From Octopus bimaculoides (lineage: Eukaryota), in the NCBI RefSeq assembly GCF_001194135.2, contig NC_068988.1:4168738-4232737 (forward strand): DNA of 64,000 nt, written 5' to 3'. This document shows positions 25,713 to 39,589 of the stretch, piece by piece. Both the position numbers and the translations under genes were made by a program. The first letter of the stretch is position 1. Every line of letters starts with the position of its first letter. The notes beneath the pieces were generated by a model. The model searched no databases. It worked only from the letters and a program-made list of their open reading frames with translations, and had not been told where the DNA came from.

Positions 25713-25808
25713 AACATATATACATACAAACATGTATGTATGTATGTAGTGTGTATATATATGTGTGTTTGTGTGTGTGTGTGTATCTATCTATCTATCT
25801 ATCTATAC

Positions 25809-25849
<41 letters not shown>

Positions 25850-25878
25850 AAAGGAGAGACAGACAGACAGAGAGGGAT

Positions 25879-25910
<32 letters not shown>

Positions 25911-27717
25911 CAGACATATATATAAATATTATATAATATATAACCCTGTTCAAACATCATTAAATATATCACAGGTTTATTGATGAATGCACCTCAGTTA
26001 TAAATCTGAAAGATTATTGTCCAAATTTGCATATTTGAGACTTGAATATCTAATTGCTTAATCTTTATATTAATTTGATATTGAATTGATTGTTATCCTA
26101 AGCAACCAGTACAGCAACAGTGACCATTGACGCCACTTAAGCAACTCTTCCTGTGCACATAGTTATCAACAGATGTCAGTCGTTTCTCAACTCCCTATTT
26201 TTGATGTTTATGGATCAGATTTTGCTGAGTACTGCTGTTTCGATATCTTGTTTATATTTGCAATAAAGTGGATCCATCATCAATTAATACCTGTTTCCCA
26301 TGTTTGGGTTGGTAGGATAGACAGAATCCAATGATCTAAAGAACTGCATTGAGCTTCAATCTCTGCTTTGGCATGGTTCCTATAATTGGCTGTTCTTTCT
26401 AATACCAACCACTATACAGAGTGCACTGGCTGTCTTTTGATATTTGGGTTATAGACTGAAAACTTGCATAAGCTATGGCACCAGACTTTATTTTTCATCA
26501 AGTTATTTAAACACAAGAGTTTAAGAATCACAAAAAATGTATTTTAGCCAACTTGCATTACATCGTAAATTTTGCTTTCTTCAAAAGATCCTAAACTCAC
26601 AGTAAATCTAGAAAATATCATCAAACATATATCACATTCTCACCAAATGAAATTTGTTGCTATGATTTTTAAAATGCAACCAATTTTGTTCCAGTTCCAT
26701 CATCACCATCATCATCATTTTAATGTCCACTTTTCTATGCTTGCTTTTGTCAAGGAAGATCTTCTATGGTCGGATATCCTAATATTTTTCCATAGCCAAA
26801 CATGTTTTCAGAGAAAACAGGAAACTAGGGACAACAGTGCTCATTTATAACTCACCTGTGATATTGAGGTGATTCCCATGCAAGGATATATGATAGGCTG
26901 CTTTCAGTTTATCTACCAAATCCACTAACACTGCTTTGGGTGGCCCCATGTATTTGAATATTTGGTGTACTTTACCTACTGACTGATAATATTAATAAAT
27001 GTGTCGTACTTGCTTATAGATATTATATGAAAATAATTCAATAAATATGTAAATTAAAACCATAATATTGGAAACTTTTCCCAGGATGTCTTCTGCACAT
27101 GAAGAACACATAGTTAAGTGTAAGTGTCCATATTTCAGGTGGTGAGTCTGAAATAAATTTTGATCAATAGAAATTTTACCTACAATGAAATGACAAGCCA
27201 TTAGCATTAATGAAATCTGTTCTCAAAAATGACAGAGGAGAGAACTCTTGAAATTTCAGTTGACTGAAAATGAATCAGAGATATGCAGAAGTGGGGAGTT
27301 AGTCTGATTTTTGATAGCTATGATGACATGTTTCAATCTCATTACACCTCATCAATAAAGTATAATTTCTTTGCAGCTTAACAATATATTCTTTATACAA
27401 AGGGCACCCTCGGTAAACTTTACCATATCTTTATTTTAAATTTGCCTATTTGTCAATGTAATATCTTGGATCAAGATGATAAAATTTAATGCTTAAAGGA
27501 GTAAATTAACTGTGAGGCCAATAAGGTACCCCTTCAAACATTAAAGTATGCTATCTTGAGATACTTACAAGTATATGGAATGGGCTATCAAGAGATAAAT
27601 AGCTTGGGTGTGTTACATTTGAATGTAGTGTGGAATTTAAAACTCTTGACTTCACAATACATAGTCTCGCCAGACACATCAATAAAAATATTTTATTTTA
27701 CAATTTATTGTGATACC

Positions 27718-27916
27718 GGTTTCAAATTTTGGCACCAGGCCAGAAATTTCAAGGGAGAGGGTAAGTTGATTACATCAACTCCAGTGATCAACAGATACCT
27801 ATTTTATCGATGCCAAAAGGATGTAAAGCAGAATTTGAACTCAGAACACGAAGACAAATGAAATGGTGCTAAGCATTTTGTCCAGCATGCTAATGTTTCT
27901 GCCGGTTCACCACCTT
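27718..27916 (-). mobile_element. SINE family B
   Basis: Homology to the other family B copies. Confidence 0.8.
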
Positions 27917-28372
27917 CAGATTTATTATGATGCTAGCATGCGTTGTGTGACAGTGGTACACTGCATCACAACATTACAATCTAGCAGCTTGCAGTGTATC
28001 CAGTTATAAAATTCCTGTTGCATAACACTGTTGATCATGGTTACAGGATTCACCAAAGTTTAAGCAAAGAATTTTTTTTAAATGTTTGCTTTAGTTATAA
28101 TGCTTAGATATGTAAACATTTCTTTAATGACTCAACATTAAACAGCCAAAGTATATTTGTGCATGTGCTAAGAGGAAAATCAATATCAATCAAAAAAAAT
28201 TGAATGAATTTTTTTTCATCAATAGGTACAGAGTAGATAACTGCAGATATGGTTTGCTTTTATTTTAAAGCTCCTCTGCAAATCTGTCAGTATGTCTCTA
28301 ACACCATGACGGCAGATATATGAGTTAGTATGCATACTTAACTATTTGATCATTAATAGCCTCATAACTTAA

Positions 28373-28590
28373 ATTGGTGAGTTGGCAGAATCGTTAGCAC
28401 ACCAAGCAAAATGCTTAGAAACGTTCTGTCTGTGCTTAAATTCTGAGTTCAAATTCCACCGAGGTTTACTTTGCTTTTCATCCTTTCAGGGTCAATAAAA
28501 CAAGTACCAGTTATGTTCTGGGGTTGGTGTAATCAACTTACCCCCTCCCTCAAAAATTGCTGGCCTTGTGTCCAGATTTGTAACCAATAT
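28373..28590 (+). mobile_element. SINE family B, full length
   Basis: GGTGAGTTGGCAGAATCGTTAGCAC...TTCTGAGTTCAAATTCCACCGAGG...TTTCATCCTTTCAGGGTCAATAAAACAAGTACCAG...GGCCTTGTG. Confidence 0.85.
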
Positions 28591-29400
28591 TCTCAAAGAA
28601 TTATGCTTTGTTGGTGAACCTTCAAAACCACCATGTCTTGCTAATGTTTGTCTTTCACACCATATCTGTGAATAAACATTCTCTGTTTAATGTTCTAATA
28701 ATTAAATGTGTTCATCTTCACAGCTGTCTACTTATGTGGATAGTATCCAAGACAAATTGAATCTGTTAACTATGAGGTGTCCATATTTAGTATTATCTGT
28801 TTGTCATATAAGATGGTAGCATATTGTCTGTTATATACACTCTATGTATAGATGATTGTTATGTACAATCTATCTATAATGTATATGATTTTATTTGTGT
28901 ATCTTAGTGTATTATATACATGTTTTGTATATCTATATTGTATATTTACATTTATGTATATCTACATTGATCAGTATGTATGTATACATGTATGTATGTG
29001 TTTATGTGGCTCCATTTTTAAGAAGAACGTGTATGTTTGAATAGTTATGTGTGCGTATATTTTAACAGGGTATGTGTAAGTGTATGTATGCGTGTGAATG
29101 TGCATTAACAAGAATGATGTTATCAATAGTCAATATAATGTCTATTTGAGAGAATTATGCTAAACCAATAATGTATAAGAAGCATCCGTTGATTCAATAA
29201 TCCTTTGTTCTCAGATAAAAAAAAAGGGGGTTTATTTTTATTGTTGCTAAAAAACATTAAAAACATAAATATATTCTTCAAATTCATACTTATTCAAAGT
29301 GTCAAAAACAAAACACAGCTACATACAGAGAGAAGATATTGATCCACCTACATACGGAGGGGGTGGTGAAGAGAGAGGGGTGAAGGGGTGGAGAGAGAAA

Positions 29401-29544
29401 GAAAGAGAGCGAGAGAGAGAAAGAGAGCGAGAGAGAGAAAGAGAGCGAGAGAGAGAAAGAGAGCGAGAGAGAGAAAGAGAGCGAGAGAGAGAAAGAGAGC
29501 GAGAGAGAGAGAGAGAGCGAGAGAGAGAAAGAGAGCGAGAGAGA
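29401..29544 (+). repeat. 18-bp minisatellite (GAAAGAGAGCGAGAGAGA)x8 inside a (GA)n tract
   Basis: Counted directly; the seventh unit is a variant. It explains the (RERKRA)n ORF. Confidence 0.95.
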
Positions 29545-29573
29545 GGGAGAGAGAGAGAGAGGAGAGAGAAAGT

Positions 29574-29624
<51 letters not shown>

Positions 29625-30599
29625 AAGAGAAAGAGATAGGGGTAGGAGGAGAGACAGGGAGGGAGAGAGTAGAGGGATGGAGAGAGAGTGGGAGAGAGAG
29701 AATGAAAGAGAGGAGAAAGAGAGAGGGTGAGAGAGAAATGAAAGAAAAAGATGAGAGAAAGAGAGAGAGAGAGAAAACTTAGGTGTTTTGTCAATATGTA
29801 TTATATATATTATATAAATTATATATATATATTATATAAATTATATATATATTATATATATTTTATAGACACATGTGTATAAAAATATGTCTGTGCTCAC
29901 ATACACGGTTTATATTGTGTTTAACAAGTTTGTTTCACAACTCTATGATTCTAGGTTTGATTCCACACTGTGGAATCTTGGGCAAGTGTTGGCTATCATA
30001 ACATCATGTTGCTTGTAAACAGAATTTGAAATTTTGTTGCTGGAAACTGTACAGAAGCCCCTGCTACATACACACAACATACACAGAACTCACAAGTAAA
30101 CTGCATCTCATTCTACTACTACTACTAGTACTGCAGTTCACCACTATCTTAAACCTATCTAAAAAGTCATCTCTCACCTTCCATGTTCTTCCTGTCCCAC
30201 ATTAGTTCCTGAACTTAGCAATTTTTCTTAACGTGTCATTCTCAGAATATCAGATTTCTAGAAATTTTCTCTACTCAGGAATTCTCTGGTTTTGTTCAAG
30301 GCAAACATCAACTGTATCACTGTCTTTGATCTAAAAGGTCTACAGATGTTGTCAGGCAAACCGTTTCTTCTATACCAAAGCCTACAACAAAACAAAAATA
30401 TAACAAAATAATCCCCCAACCATAATTGGAGAATTTTAATGATTTTAGTCCACTGAAAATTAGGAAGAAATCTAACAGCGATAAATCAGCCATGTCGTTT
30501 AACATCTGCTTTCCATGCTGGCATGGGTTGGATGGTTTGACTGAGGTTCTAAGTAGCATTTTTTTTTTTGTTATTTCAAGACAATATTTCACTTCAACT

Positions 30600-30783
30600 A
30601 AGGCGGTGAGCTGACAGAATCGTTCATATGCTGGGCAAAATGTTTAGCAGCATTTTGTCCATCTTGGTGTTCTGAGTTCAAATTCTGCTGAAGTCCACTT
30701 TGTCTTTCATTCTTTCAGGGTCGATGAATTAAGTCCCAACTCACCTGAAGTTGCTGGCCTTGTGCCAAAATTTGAAATCAATA
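30600..30783 (+). mobile_element. SINE family B with internal deletion
   Basis: AAGGCGGTGAGCTGACAGAATCGTT head and GGCCTTGTGCCAAAATTTGAAATC tail. Confidence 0.85.
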
Positions 30784-31280
30784 GTTCCCCTCAACTAAAA
30801 TATGGTGGCAATGCTGTAATGTGAAATAATGCTTCGTTATAAGATTTAGTCTATAATGATGCTTTATTAATGATTTTGTTGGTTTGTCTATGTAAGAAAT
30901 TATGGAGGACTTAGCAGTCAGAAATGAATGGACATAAGAACAAAGCAAAATGCCAAAATTCTTCTTCTCCTTCTCCTTCTCCTCCTCCTCCTCCTCCTCC
31001 TACTACTACTACAGGTACTGCTGCTGATAGTGAGATCATTTTGAGTGACAGGGAAAAGCTTTGTGAATAAAATAAGTGGAGGACTGTTTGTTCAAAGGAT
31101 TATTTCAAGAAAACAAACAACTAGTGTGACTAGAGTTTATCCTATTAGTTCAGACTGAGAACAAGCTGATCCCACGTTTTCATATAAAATACGAATCAAA
31201 GACATCTATATCTATATATATATAATTCATATATATACACACACATATATATACATATATATATATATATAAATATACAC

Positions 31281-31364
<84 letters not shown>

Positions 31365-31734
31365 NNNNNNNNNNNNNNNNNNNNNNNNNNNNNNNNNNNN
31401 NNNNNNNNNNNNNNNNNNNNNNNNNNNNNNNNNNNNNNNNNNNNNNNNNNNNNNNNNNNNNNNNNNNNNNNNNNNNNNNNNNNNNNNNNNNNNNNNNNNN
31501 NNNNNNNNNNNNNNNNNNNNNNNNNNNNNNNNNNNNNNNNNNNNNNNNNNNNNNNNNNNNNNNNNNNNNNNNNNNNNNNNNNNNNNNNNNNNNNNNNNNN
31601 NNNNNNNNNNNNNNNNNNNNNNNNNNNNNNNNNNNNNNNNNNNNNNNNNNNNNNNNNNNNNNNNNNNNNNNNNNNNNNNNNNNNNNNNNNNNNNNNNNNN
31701 NNNNNNNNNNNNNNNNNNNNNNNNNNNNNNNNNN
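31365..31734. other. Assembly gap (370 N) in (AT)n
   Basis: N-run. Confidence 1.
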
Positions 31735-31781
31735 ATATATATATATATATATATATATATAGGACACTTACATTCTGTTGT

Positions 31782-32323
31782 AGTGTGCACATGCGGCAGA
31801 GTGCATGTGTCCTAAGAGAAAAACTGGGTATAAGAGGCATCAAATGCACTGGTATGTTCGAGTGGTGCATATGGCTGAGCTGCAGAAAGAAATGTCAATC
31901 TGTAATTGTGGAAGGAATGTGTAGAAGAGGTAGACCCTGGAAAGTATAGGATGAGGTGAGGAAATATAATGTTTGGATGTTGAGTTTCACGGAGGTGATA
32001 ACAAGTGACCGAGTCTTCTGGTGATTTTTGTGCTTGAGAAAATATGTAAAACTAAGTGAAATCATGTTCATGGTCAGTACCAGTGATATGTAAAAGGCAC
32101 CTATGCTGGTGACATGTAAAAAGGTACCTGTGCCAGTGACAGGTAAAAGGTACCCAGTTCACTCTTCTGAGTGGTTGGCATTATGAAGAGTACCTAACCA
32201 TAGAAACCATGTCAAAACAGATTGGAGCCTGGTGCAGCTCTTCAGTTTACAACCTCCAGAGAAACTATCTAACCCATACCAGCGTGGAAAACAGACAGTA
32301 AATGACAACGATGATGATGATGA
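31782..32323 (+). mobile_element. RTE/RTE-X-type LINE 3' end (ORF C-terminus plus 3' UTR)
   Basis: SVHMRQSACVLREKLGIRGIKC...KKCQSVIVEGMCRRGRPWKV*DEV...SDRVFW, then a UTR with three CCAGTGACATGTAAAAAGGCACC-like repeats and the GTGGAAAACAGACAGTAAATGAC..(GAT)n tail. It overlaps the 2336-3210 element in sequence. Confidence 0.8.
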
Positions 32324-32651
32324 GATATATTTCACTTAGGCAATATATATATGCTTCTGAATGAAGCATTAGTTGAGTACAGAGTGGTAATTAGAAAATG
32401 AAATGACAAAGGAAGAGACAATTGTCTGATGAACTTCATTAATTTACAGCTGTTTCTCTTATAAGATGCAGTGGATTCATAGTTGAGTACCTGAGTAACA
32501 CCTCATAGCTTCATCAGAGCCTTGAATTTGAAGTGCAGTTTTGTTTGGGTAAAGAATTACATTTATGCTTACATATATGCCATTGCACCTGCCACATACA
32601 TTGACTTAAAGTAGAAGAAACCCTGAATGTGGTTGCATTGAAGAGATTTAA

Positions 32652-32709
<58 letters not shown>

Positions 32710-32939
32710 TCGCATATATATACATATATAAAATCATCATTTTAATGATCCCTTTTTCCTGCTTGTATTTAGTTATTGAGACAGACGCCTTTCCTCTTTC
32801 CAGGCAAGGTAATATTTCCCCTTGGAGACATGATTTCACAGAATATTAGAAATGATCAACATTCATTTACAACAATCATGTGATGTCAACACAAGGACAC
32901 ACAAACACTCACACATACATGTGTGTTTGTGTGTGTACA

Positions 32940-33107
32940 CAACAGGCTTCTTTCAGTTACCATCAACCAAATCCACTCACACTCATAAGACTTTTGACAG
33001 CCAAAGGGTATAGTAGAAGACATTGCCAAAAGTGTCACACACTGAGACTGAACTATGAACCATGAGGCTGAGAAGCAAACACTTGAACCACACAGCTACA
33101 CCTGCAC
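32940..33107 (-). mobile_element. SINE family A 5' part
   Basis: GGCTTCTTTCAGTT...TATAGTAGAAGACA...GACTGAAC...ACCACACAGCTACACCTGCAC. Confidence 0.75.
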
Positions 33108-33429
33108 TTCTCTGTACACAAACTTTACAAATATCTAATATTATATCTTTACTAATGTATATATGAAAACAAGAATACATCATAGCATTCATTCCTTCAT
33201 TATTATTAAAGTTGTTATAATGGATATTGGCTCCTTTATTTTCTTTAACATATTAGGAATAAAGTCTTAAGGGATAGTTGTCCTTATCCAGGCTACGAGA
33301 TTTAGTTTATGCTTCAATATGACCTACAAGTCATAACGATTCTGACCCTCCTGTTCTAGTATGAGGTAAAAAGAAAGATGAGAATCAAACCGCAATACAA
33401 AGGCTAAGACTTTTACATCCCAACAGTCT

Positions 33430-33740
33430 GAGTCAGAGATCTGATGTTGTTGTGGTCAATAAAGCAAAAGACACTTCATGATTAACCTTGCTTTACAGGG
33501 AAACCACTGTAATGTCGAAAATGAATTTAATGATAAATGTCTAAAACTAAAATTAGAGTTCTCATTCTGGAGAAGGATGTCATTTCTCAAACAAATACTA
33601 TTCTGTGCACTGAATTTGTTCTACCAAAAGCTTCCATCAAACAATGACAAATAACAATAAAAAAAAATATCAACACCATTACAAAATGGTATTGCTTGAA
33701 GCTAGTAATATTTTGAGAAATGTATTTTCTGTCTGGAGTG
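33430..33740 (+). mobile_element. Decayed R4/Dong-like endonuclease-domain fragment
   Basis: RSDVVVVNKAK, MINLALQG...KLKLEFSFW and MVLLEASNILRNVFS resemble RPD.VV.DK / IDxAxPxD / VLLGTARILRKVL in the correct order. Confidence 0.5.
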
Positions 33741-35639
33741 ATTAGAATTGATGGGAAGAGACATTATGTCATTGTCTAGTAGACAACACCTATGCCATCT
33801 GGGAATACAAACAGAAGATAATGTTGTTGATAATAATCATTTTTAACATAGGTACAACACTAGATATTTTTACAAGTCAGGAAAGATCTGTTAGGTTGAC
33901 CTCAGTGTTTCACTGGTACTTATTTTGTAGATCTTGGAAGAACAAGAGTCATAGTCAATAATGTCTTTATTTGAATATGATCCCGTAAATCTTAATCCTT
34001 AAACTGCCGCTCCCTTTGATATGAGGTAAAAACTGATCTTCATCTTTCAGAACTAGAAACTGCATTGTCATCAATATTTATTACCAATATTTGTGTTAGG
34101 GTCAATCAAAGTTGATATGGTCAACTCGATCAGGGCTGACCAAAGCTAAATAGCAACAACAATAATATTCAGTTGAGATGCAAAATCATCAAAGTTGTCT
34201 GGAGAATAACATAACACAAGAATTCAAGAGTCTTCATTATTTCAGTGGTTGCTGTATAATTAAAACATTGAATTAAACAAAATATTAGACATTCTTCAAA
34301 GGCACTAAATAAAACGTTAAAAAATTAGCAAAACTTATGTATAAGTATATATGTATGTGTGCATGTATGCGTGCAAGTGGGTGTGTGGGTATATATAAAT
34401 GTTTGTGTGTGTATATGTGTGCACATATGCATTCATGTGTATATGCATGTGTGTAAGCATATACATCTGTCTATGAACGGGAAAATAAAATTATGGTAAT
34501 GATAAGACTACTTCAAAAATATTTAAATAATGTGATATTGCAAAATAGCAACAGGTTTCGTTGAAATGCAATTGTTCAATCGATCTGTGTACCAGGTCAA
34601 TGACTGAAGATCACGTGTGACAAAATGCGATGCTGATATTACAAACAGCAGCTCCAGTAATCTGAACGGAATACTTGTATACCTCACGTGTCTGTAATTA
34701 AAGATGATTATCATTAGATAGATATAACTGTAAAACTGTATTAACTAATGACCAACAACATTAGATGTACCAAATAAACAATCAAGTACATATGCTCTCT
34801 GTGTGTGTGTGTGTGTGTGTTCAGTGGTAAACTCCTTTTCATATTGGTTCTCATTTCATTCAAATGCCAAGAAGGGAAAATAAAGGTTGGTGGTGGATGT
34901 TCCTACATGTGTTAGAATTTTGTGCTAGTGCATTGTAGACATGAATTAATTATAGATCAAATTCATTTTAAATGTATGTTTCATTAACTTTTAATGGAAA
35001 AATATAATTCATCTATAGTTTTTGAATATTCATGACAACATCAATCTATATGTTGAAGAATTCATAAGCTCTTTCTAACCCAGCTCTCATACATACATAC
35101 ATACATATATATATATATATATCTGTATGTATATATAAATGTATATAAATATATACAACTTTATGCATGCATATACATAAAACTTGTTGGTTTTCTATTT
35201 ACATTTTGGTTCTATAAAAATTTATTACCATTTATAAATGTTGCATGATTTTTCCCCAAATAATTAACATTGAAATGGAGACTGTACAATAATAATAGTA
35301 AAACAAATATATGTTGAATGATTTTAGAGTTTAGGTCTTAAACCTTCTGTCTTTTGTTTTACCCTTCTTTTTTTATTAACACTGATAGATTTATTTTCCT
35401 TTTTACATTTACAATATAATTTTGTTGTCAAATTTGAAATTGGTCAATATATATTGTTTTATCCACTAAATTATTGTCATTCTTAATACCTTCCATTATT
35501 TTAAAAATTATTTAAATGATAGCAGCTTGTATGGTTTATATTTTCTGTTCCTTTATTGTTTGATCTGTAATTTTATGTTTGAGTGTGTGAATATATAAAA
35601 TAAATGTTTTTATGTCTATAAAAAGGTAAAACAATGTGG

Positions 35640-35750
35640 GTTGTAAGGTAAATCAAAAGAAATAAACCAGCAGTTTGCACTTTTACCTTATATTTCGGTA
35701 TTTCAGGGATAAAACCCCATCTTCAGGAAATGGCTAGCTTTTCTGCTTTA

Positions 35751-35823
<73 letters not shown>

Positions 35824-36620
35824 TGTGTGTGTGTGTGCATGCGTGCCCATATGTGTGTGTATGTGTATTAAGAGGGAGTGGTGGCTTGGCATGCCCCAGA
35901 TAGCATTGCTGTAATAGCCAATCACCTGTATGCAGCTTAGTTCTGTTGTTAATATGGGGTTTGGTCTGGCTAATTATGATGATAATACCATTTTCTTTTT
36001 ATTCTCAGGTTCCCAGCATTTCATTCCATGGCAGTAATAAAGATCTGAGCGTCTTGGCAAGGCATTTTCTCAGGAGATTTTTGGGTGAAAGAACCATCAA
36101 TATAGAGGTATTCACTAACCCAGATGTGTACTTGTCCGACAGTCCTTGCAATGTAGGATTTATTGTATTAACATGTGATTTTATACACCATGTAGGGCCA
36201 TAAATACATGCTTTCCTTGTTGATTGGGTAGTTGGGCAAAATGCATATGGCTTTGTTGTCTGTTGGTCTTTTTTTAGTGAGGAACCTCCGAAAAGTGAGT
36301 CCAGAGTGTACCAGCCATATTTTCAATCTCTCTTTACAGATCACCTGATATATTACAGCAGTCAATTTCACATTAAACTGTGGCAGTTTCAAAGACACAT
36401 ATTATCGTCCATGGGTGTAGAGAGTTTCTTAGGTGGTCTGACAGTTTTCTGGCATTTGATGAAAGAGTCATGGACAGCCATTCTCCACAAAAGGACTTTC
36501 TGGAATTGCTTAGTGCTAGTCTTTATGTCTCTTGCCTTGCTTTATTTAATGAATATCTTGTGGATGTCATTTCTTATGTAATCCATCTTTGCTCTGATGG
36601 TGAAAGATGAATTGCAATAC
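35640..36620 (-). mobile_element. Decayed PLE 3' part (GIY-YIG remnant plus 3' region with hammerhead relic), interrupted by (AC)n
   Basis: Minus translation MVYKITC*YNKSYIARTVGQVHIWVSEY (36107-36191) matches VYKxxC...YIGxT...RxxEH, and KPHINN occurs at 35945-35962. A CTGAAGA...GAAA motif lies downstream in the same orientation. Confidence 0.55.
35692..35731 (-). ncRNA. Degenerate minimal hammerhead motif
   Basis: ATTTC-CTGAAGA-T-GGGG-TTTTAT-CCCT-GAAA-TA-C-C-GAAAT: helix I is ATTTC/GAAAT and helix II is GGGG/CCCT. U16.1 is replaced by C. Confidence 0.45.
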
Positions 36621-39506
36621 ACAAAGAGACCCCTGTCTATTGCTTTTTGGTAGAAGTTAGTATATATGGGAAATATAACATAAATTAGTCCAAAATTTGT
36701 TCTCATATCAAATGAATTAAATTCAATATTGATTTCTATCATTGGCACAAACTGCACATTTCAGGAAATATTACAAGCAATTAAATGAAGCCTTGGTACT
36801 TAACTGGTACCTTATTTTATTGGCCCCAGAATGAGGTAAAAAAGAAGATCAACCTAAGAGAATTTGATCTTAAAACATAAAGGACCATGACTAAATACCA
36901 TATGATATGTTTCTGATGCAGCAATAAGTTTGCCAATACTGTTGTAATACTGTTATGTGAGTTAAGGGCAGAAAGTGGCAGGAGTGGTAGAAGGCTGTAC
37001 TACATGCCTGGGGATATTTAGTGATTCTTTATGTTCTGAGTGTTGGAGATGTATGACCAAATCATTAAAAAGTTTGCTTCACAACCTTGAGATCTCAGGT
37101 TCAGTCCTACTGCATGACACGTTGAACAAATGTCATTTTCTAGAGTCAACTCAATGTAGACATTGTGAGGAAAAGAGGTAAACAGAAACTGTAGTGAAGC
37201 CCACCAAGTTATTCAAGTGATTGAAAAGGTACACCTTTGTCATATACTCTTTTACTCTTTTCCTTGTTTCAGTCATTTGACTGCGGCCATGCTGAAGCAC
37301 CGCCTTTATTACTGTTTTTTTTTTATGATGATTCTGCATGAGAATTATGTTAAGAGTACACTTGTTTGAAGAATGCTGAGCCATTGACACATTGAATCAA
37401 GAGCAGGTAATTCAGTCAATGGAACAACTGAATCTGCATCCTTAAGTGAACAGAGACACACCAACATATTTTGAATTTAAATCTTTCTAAAGTTGATTTT
37501 GAGTTTTATTGTGCTATAACCAATAAAATAATCACCCATTATATAATAAGATTGATTCATTTCTGAAGTGTAAAGATATTAAATTAGATATTAGACGGAT
37601 ATTGCTGTCATTACCTTTAATTATTGCATTACGTGTTTCAAACGATATAACTGATGTTGACTTATACAGCTCCCTTACAAAATTTGTTGATGTGTACCAA
37701 TGAAAAAAGACAATACTAATATCTGTGTTTAATAGATCAGTGAATAAAGTATTAAATTAGAACCTCACAAATTCTTAGATCAAAAGCTCATATCCATTCT
37801 AGTCTTTTAATTTGAATCTCTCAGTAGGATTCTTGATTCTATGTACCTCAGTTCAGCCAACATTTGATAAGAGGTCATAAATATTCTGAGAGCATTGCCA
37901 GAGGGCATTCCCATCTCATCCACTTTTGCAAACCAGCCTTACATATCTTGTTGCCTGTTATAATCTTTATCAGTCATCATCATTTATATTGATTTACTTT
38001 GATCTCATAAAACACTAATGTTCTGCTTGTGAGGAGATATGGTCAGGCAACTACATTCCCAGCATATTTTATTTACCACAAAATAGTGAAAGACAAATTT
38101 AAATTTGGTTGTATTTGAACCCAACACATTTAGTTCAGCTTTCTTCTGTTTGTCCTGTAAACTAACCTCCATCAATAATGCTTGTTTTTTAACTTCTTTT
38201 TTTTTTTATATTTTGGCACAAGATCAAGTTTTGAAGGGAAAACTATTTATCTTTTCAATCAATTTATTGTGTATTCCTCCATTATTTTATGAACTGCCAA
38301 AGAATAAAAAAGTAAAACAGAAGGAGATTTGAACTCTTGTAATGGAATAGCCAAACTAATTACTATAAAATATTTAGTCTAAACACTCTCCTGTTTCTAC
38401 CAATATATTTCTACAGAGTGAGTTACCAAAACTGTTACATTATTTCTGTTATTTGTGCTGGTGTAAGTCTGTTAGTTCTATAAACATGAATAGTTTCAAG
38501 AACTAATACCATATTTTACAGTAGATATATTTTGTATTTGTTTTTTTTTATAAACAGCATAAAGTGGGATAGCTATCTTTATATTTCTCGGTTATGTTGG
38601 TTGACATGTGTAATAAACCGAAGAAGCTGAAGACATTATATTCCATGTGCCTTTTCAATATCTGTTTATCATCTCCCATACACTAAAGAATATTTGGAGG
38701 ATTCTGCATCTCTTCATTTAGGATAGCCAGTGTTCTTCAAATCAGATTTCTCCTATTCATTCCAGGAATATTTTTACTCCCCAATCAATGCATAAACTTC
38801 AAGATTGATGCCTAGTCTTTATTTTGATGTCTTATTTTTCAGCCAGTCCAATCTTCAATTGTTTTCTGGAGATTTCTATTGAGAGGGGCAGGGAATGATT
38901 AAATGAAACAGTGAAACATAAATCATATATATGATCATTGTAATAAATCTTCTTTAAAATGATATGGTTTAAACAGATGACAGTGAGGAGCCCAGCAAAT
39001 TTATAACTCAAGCACCACATGTCTTATTACATTAACTATGTACAAGGACTTCAATTTCTCTGGACATTCAATATCAACTCAAAACTTTTCTATGAAGAAG
39101 CATGTGTTGAATGAAACATCAAATGTATTATGATTGTTGTTCTTTCAGACTGATTTTGTTTATGCAATGAACATTTCACAATACATACAACTGTTTTGAT
39201 TTCATTCTTCTAAAGAGTGCATCAAGGTTATCCTTTGTTTTCACAGATATTTTAGTAGCCATCATATTGTCCATCAGAACTTATGCTGTATTAAACATCA
39301 CTTTAGATATTAATAGGTTTCTCTCAATCCATCCCTTGTGTATCATCAAAATACTGTTGTGTGTGTGTATACTCTCACATCTGAAGCATGTATAGCAGGA
39401 TTTTTTATGTGTATATTCATTTTTTTTTTCATAGCGTTGTATGATTATTCATATTTTATGTAGTTTCTCAATCTAATTTTTTATTCTGCTTTGTTAGACA
39501 TGAGGT

Positions 39507-39539
<33 letters not shown>

Positions 39540-39558
39540 TTCTCCCTCTCTTTCTCTT

Positions 39559-39589
<31 letters not shown>

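Noticed and set aside
29299-29794. RE-repeat and LS-repeat ORFs
   Set aside because: Translation of a (GA)n tract and its 18-bp minisatellite.
35946-36203. Plus-strand ORF with a strong acceptor at 36008
   Set aside because: It is antisense to the GIY-YIG relic, which explains the sequence better.
39247-39316. Hydrophobic open exon candidate (ILVAIILSIRTYAVL)
   Set aside because: Weak donor (GTTTCT), T-rich bias and no homology.
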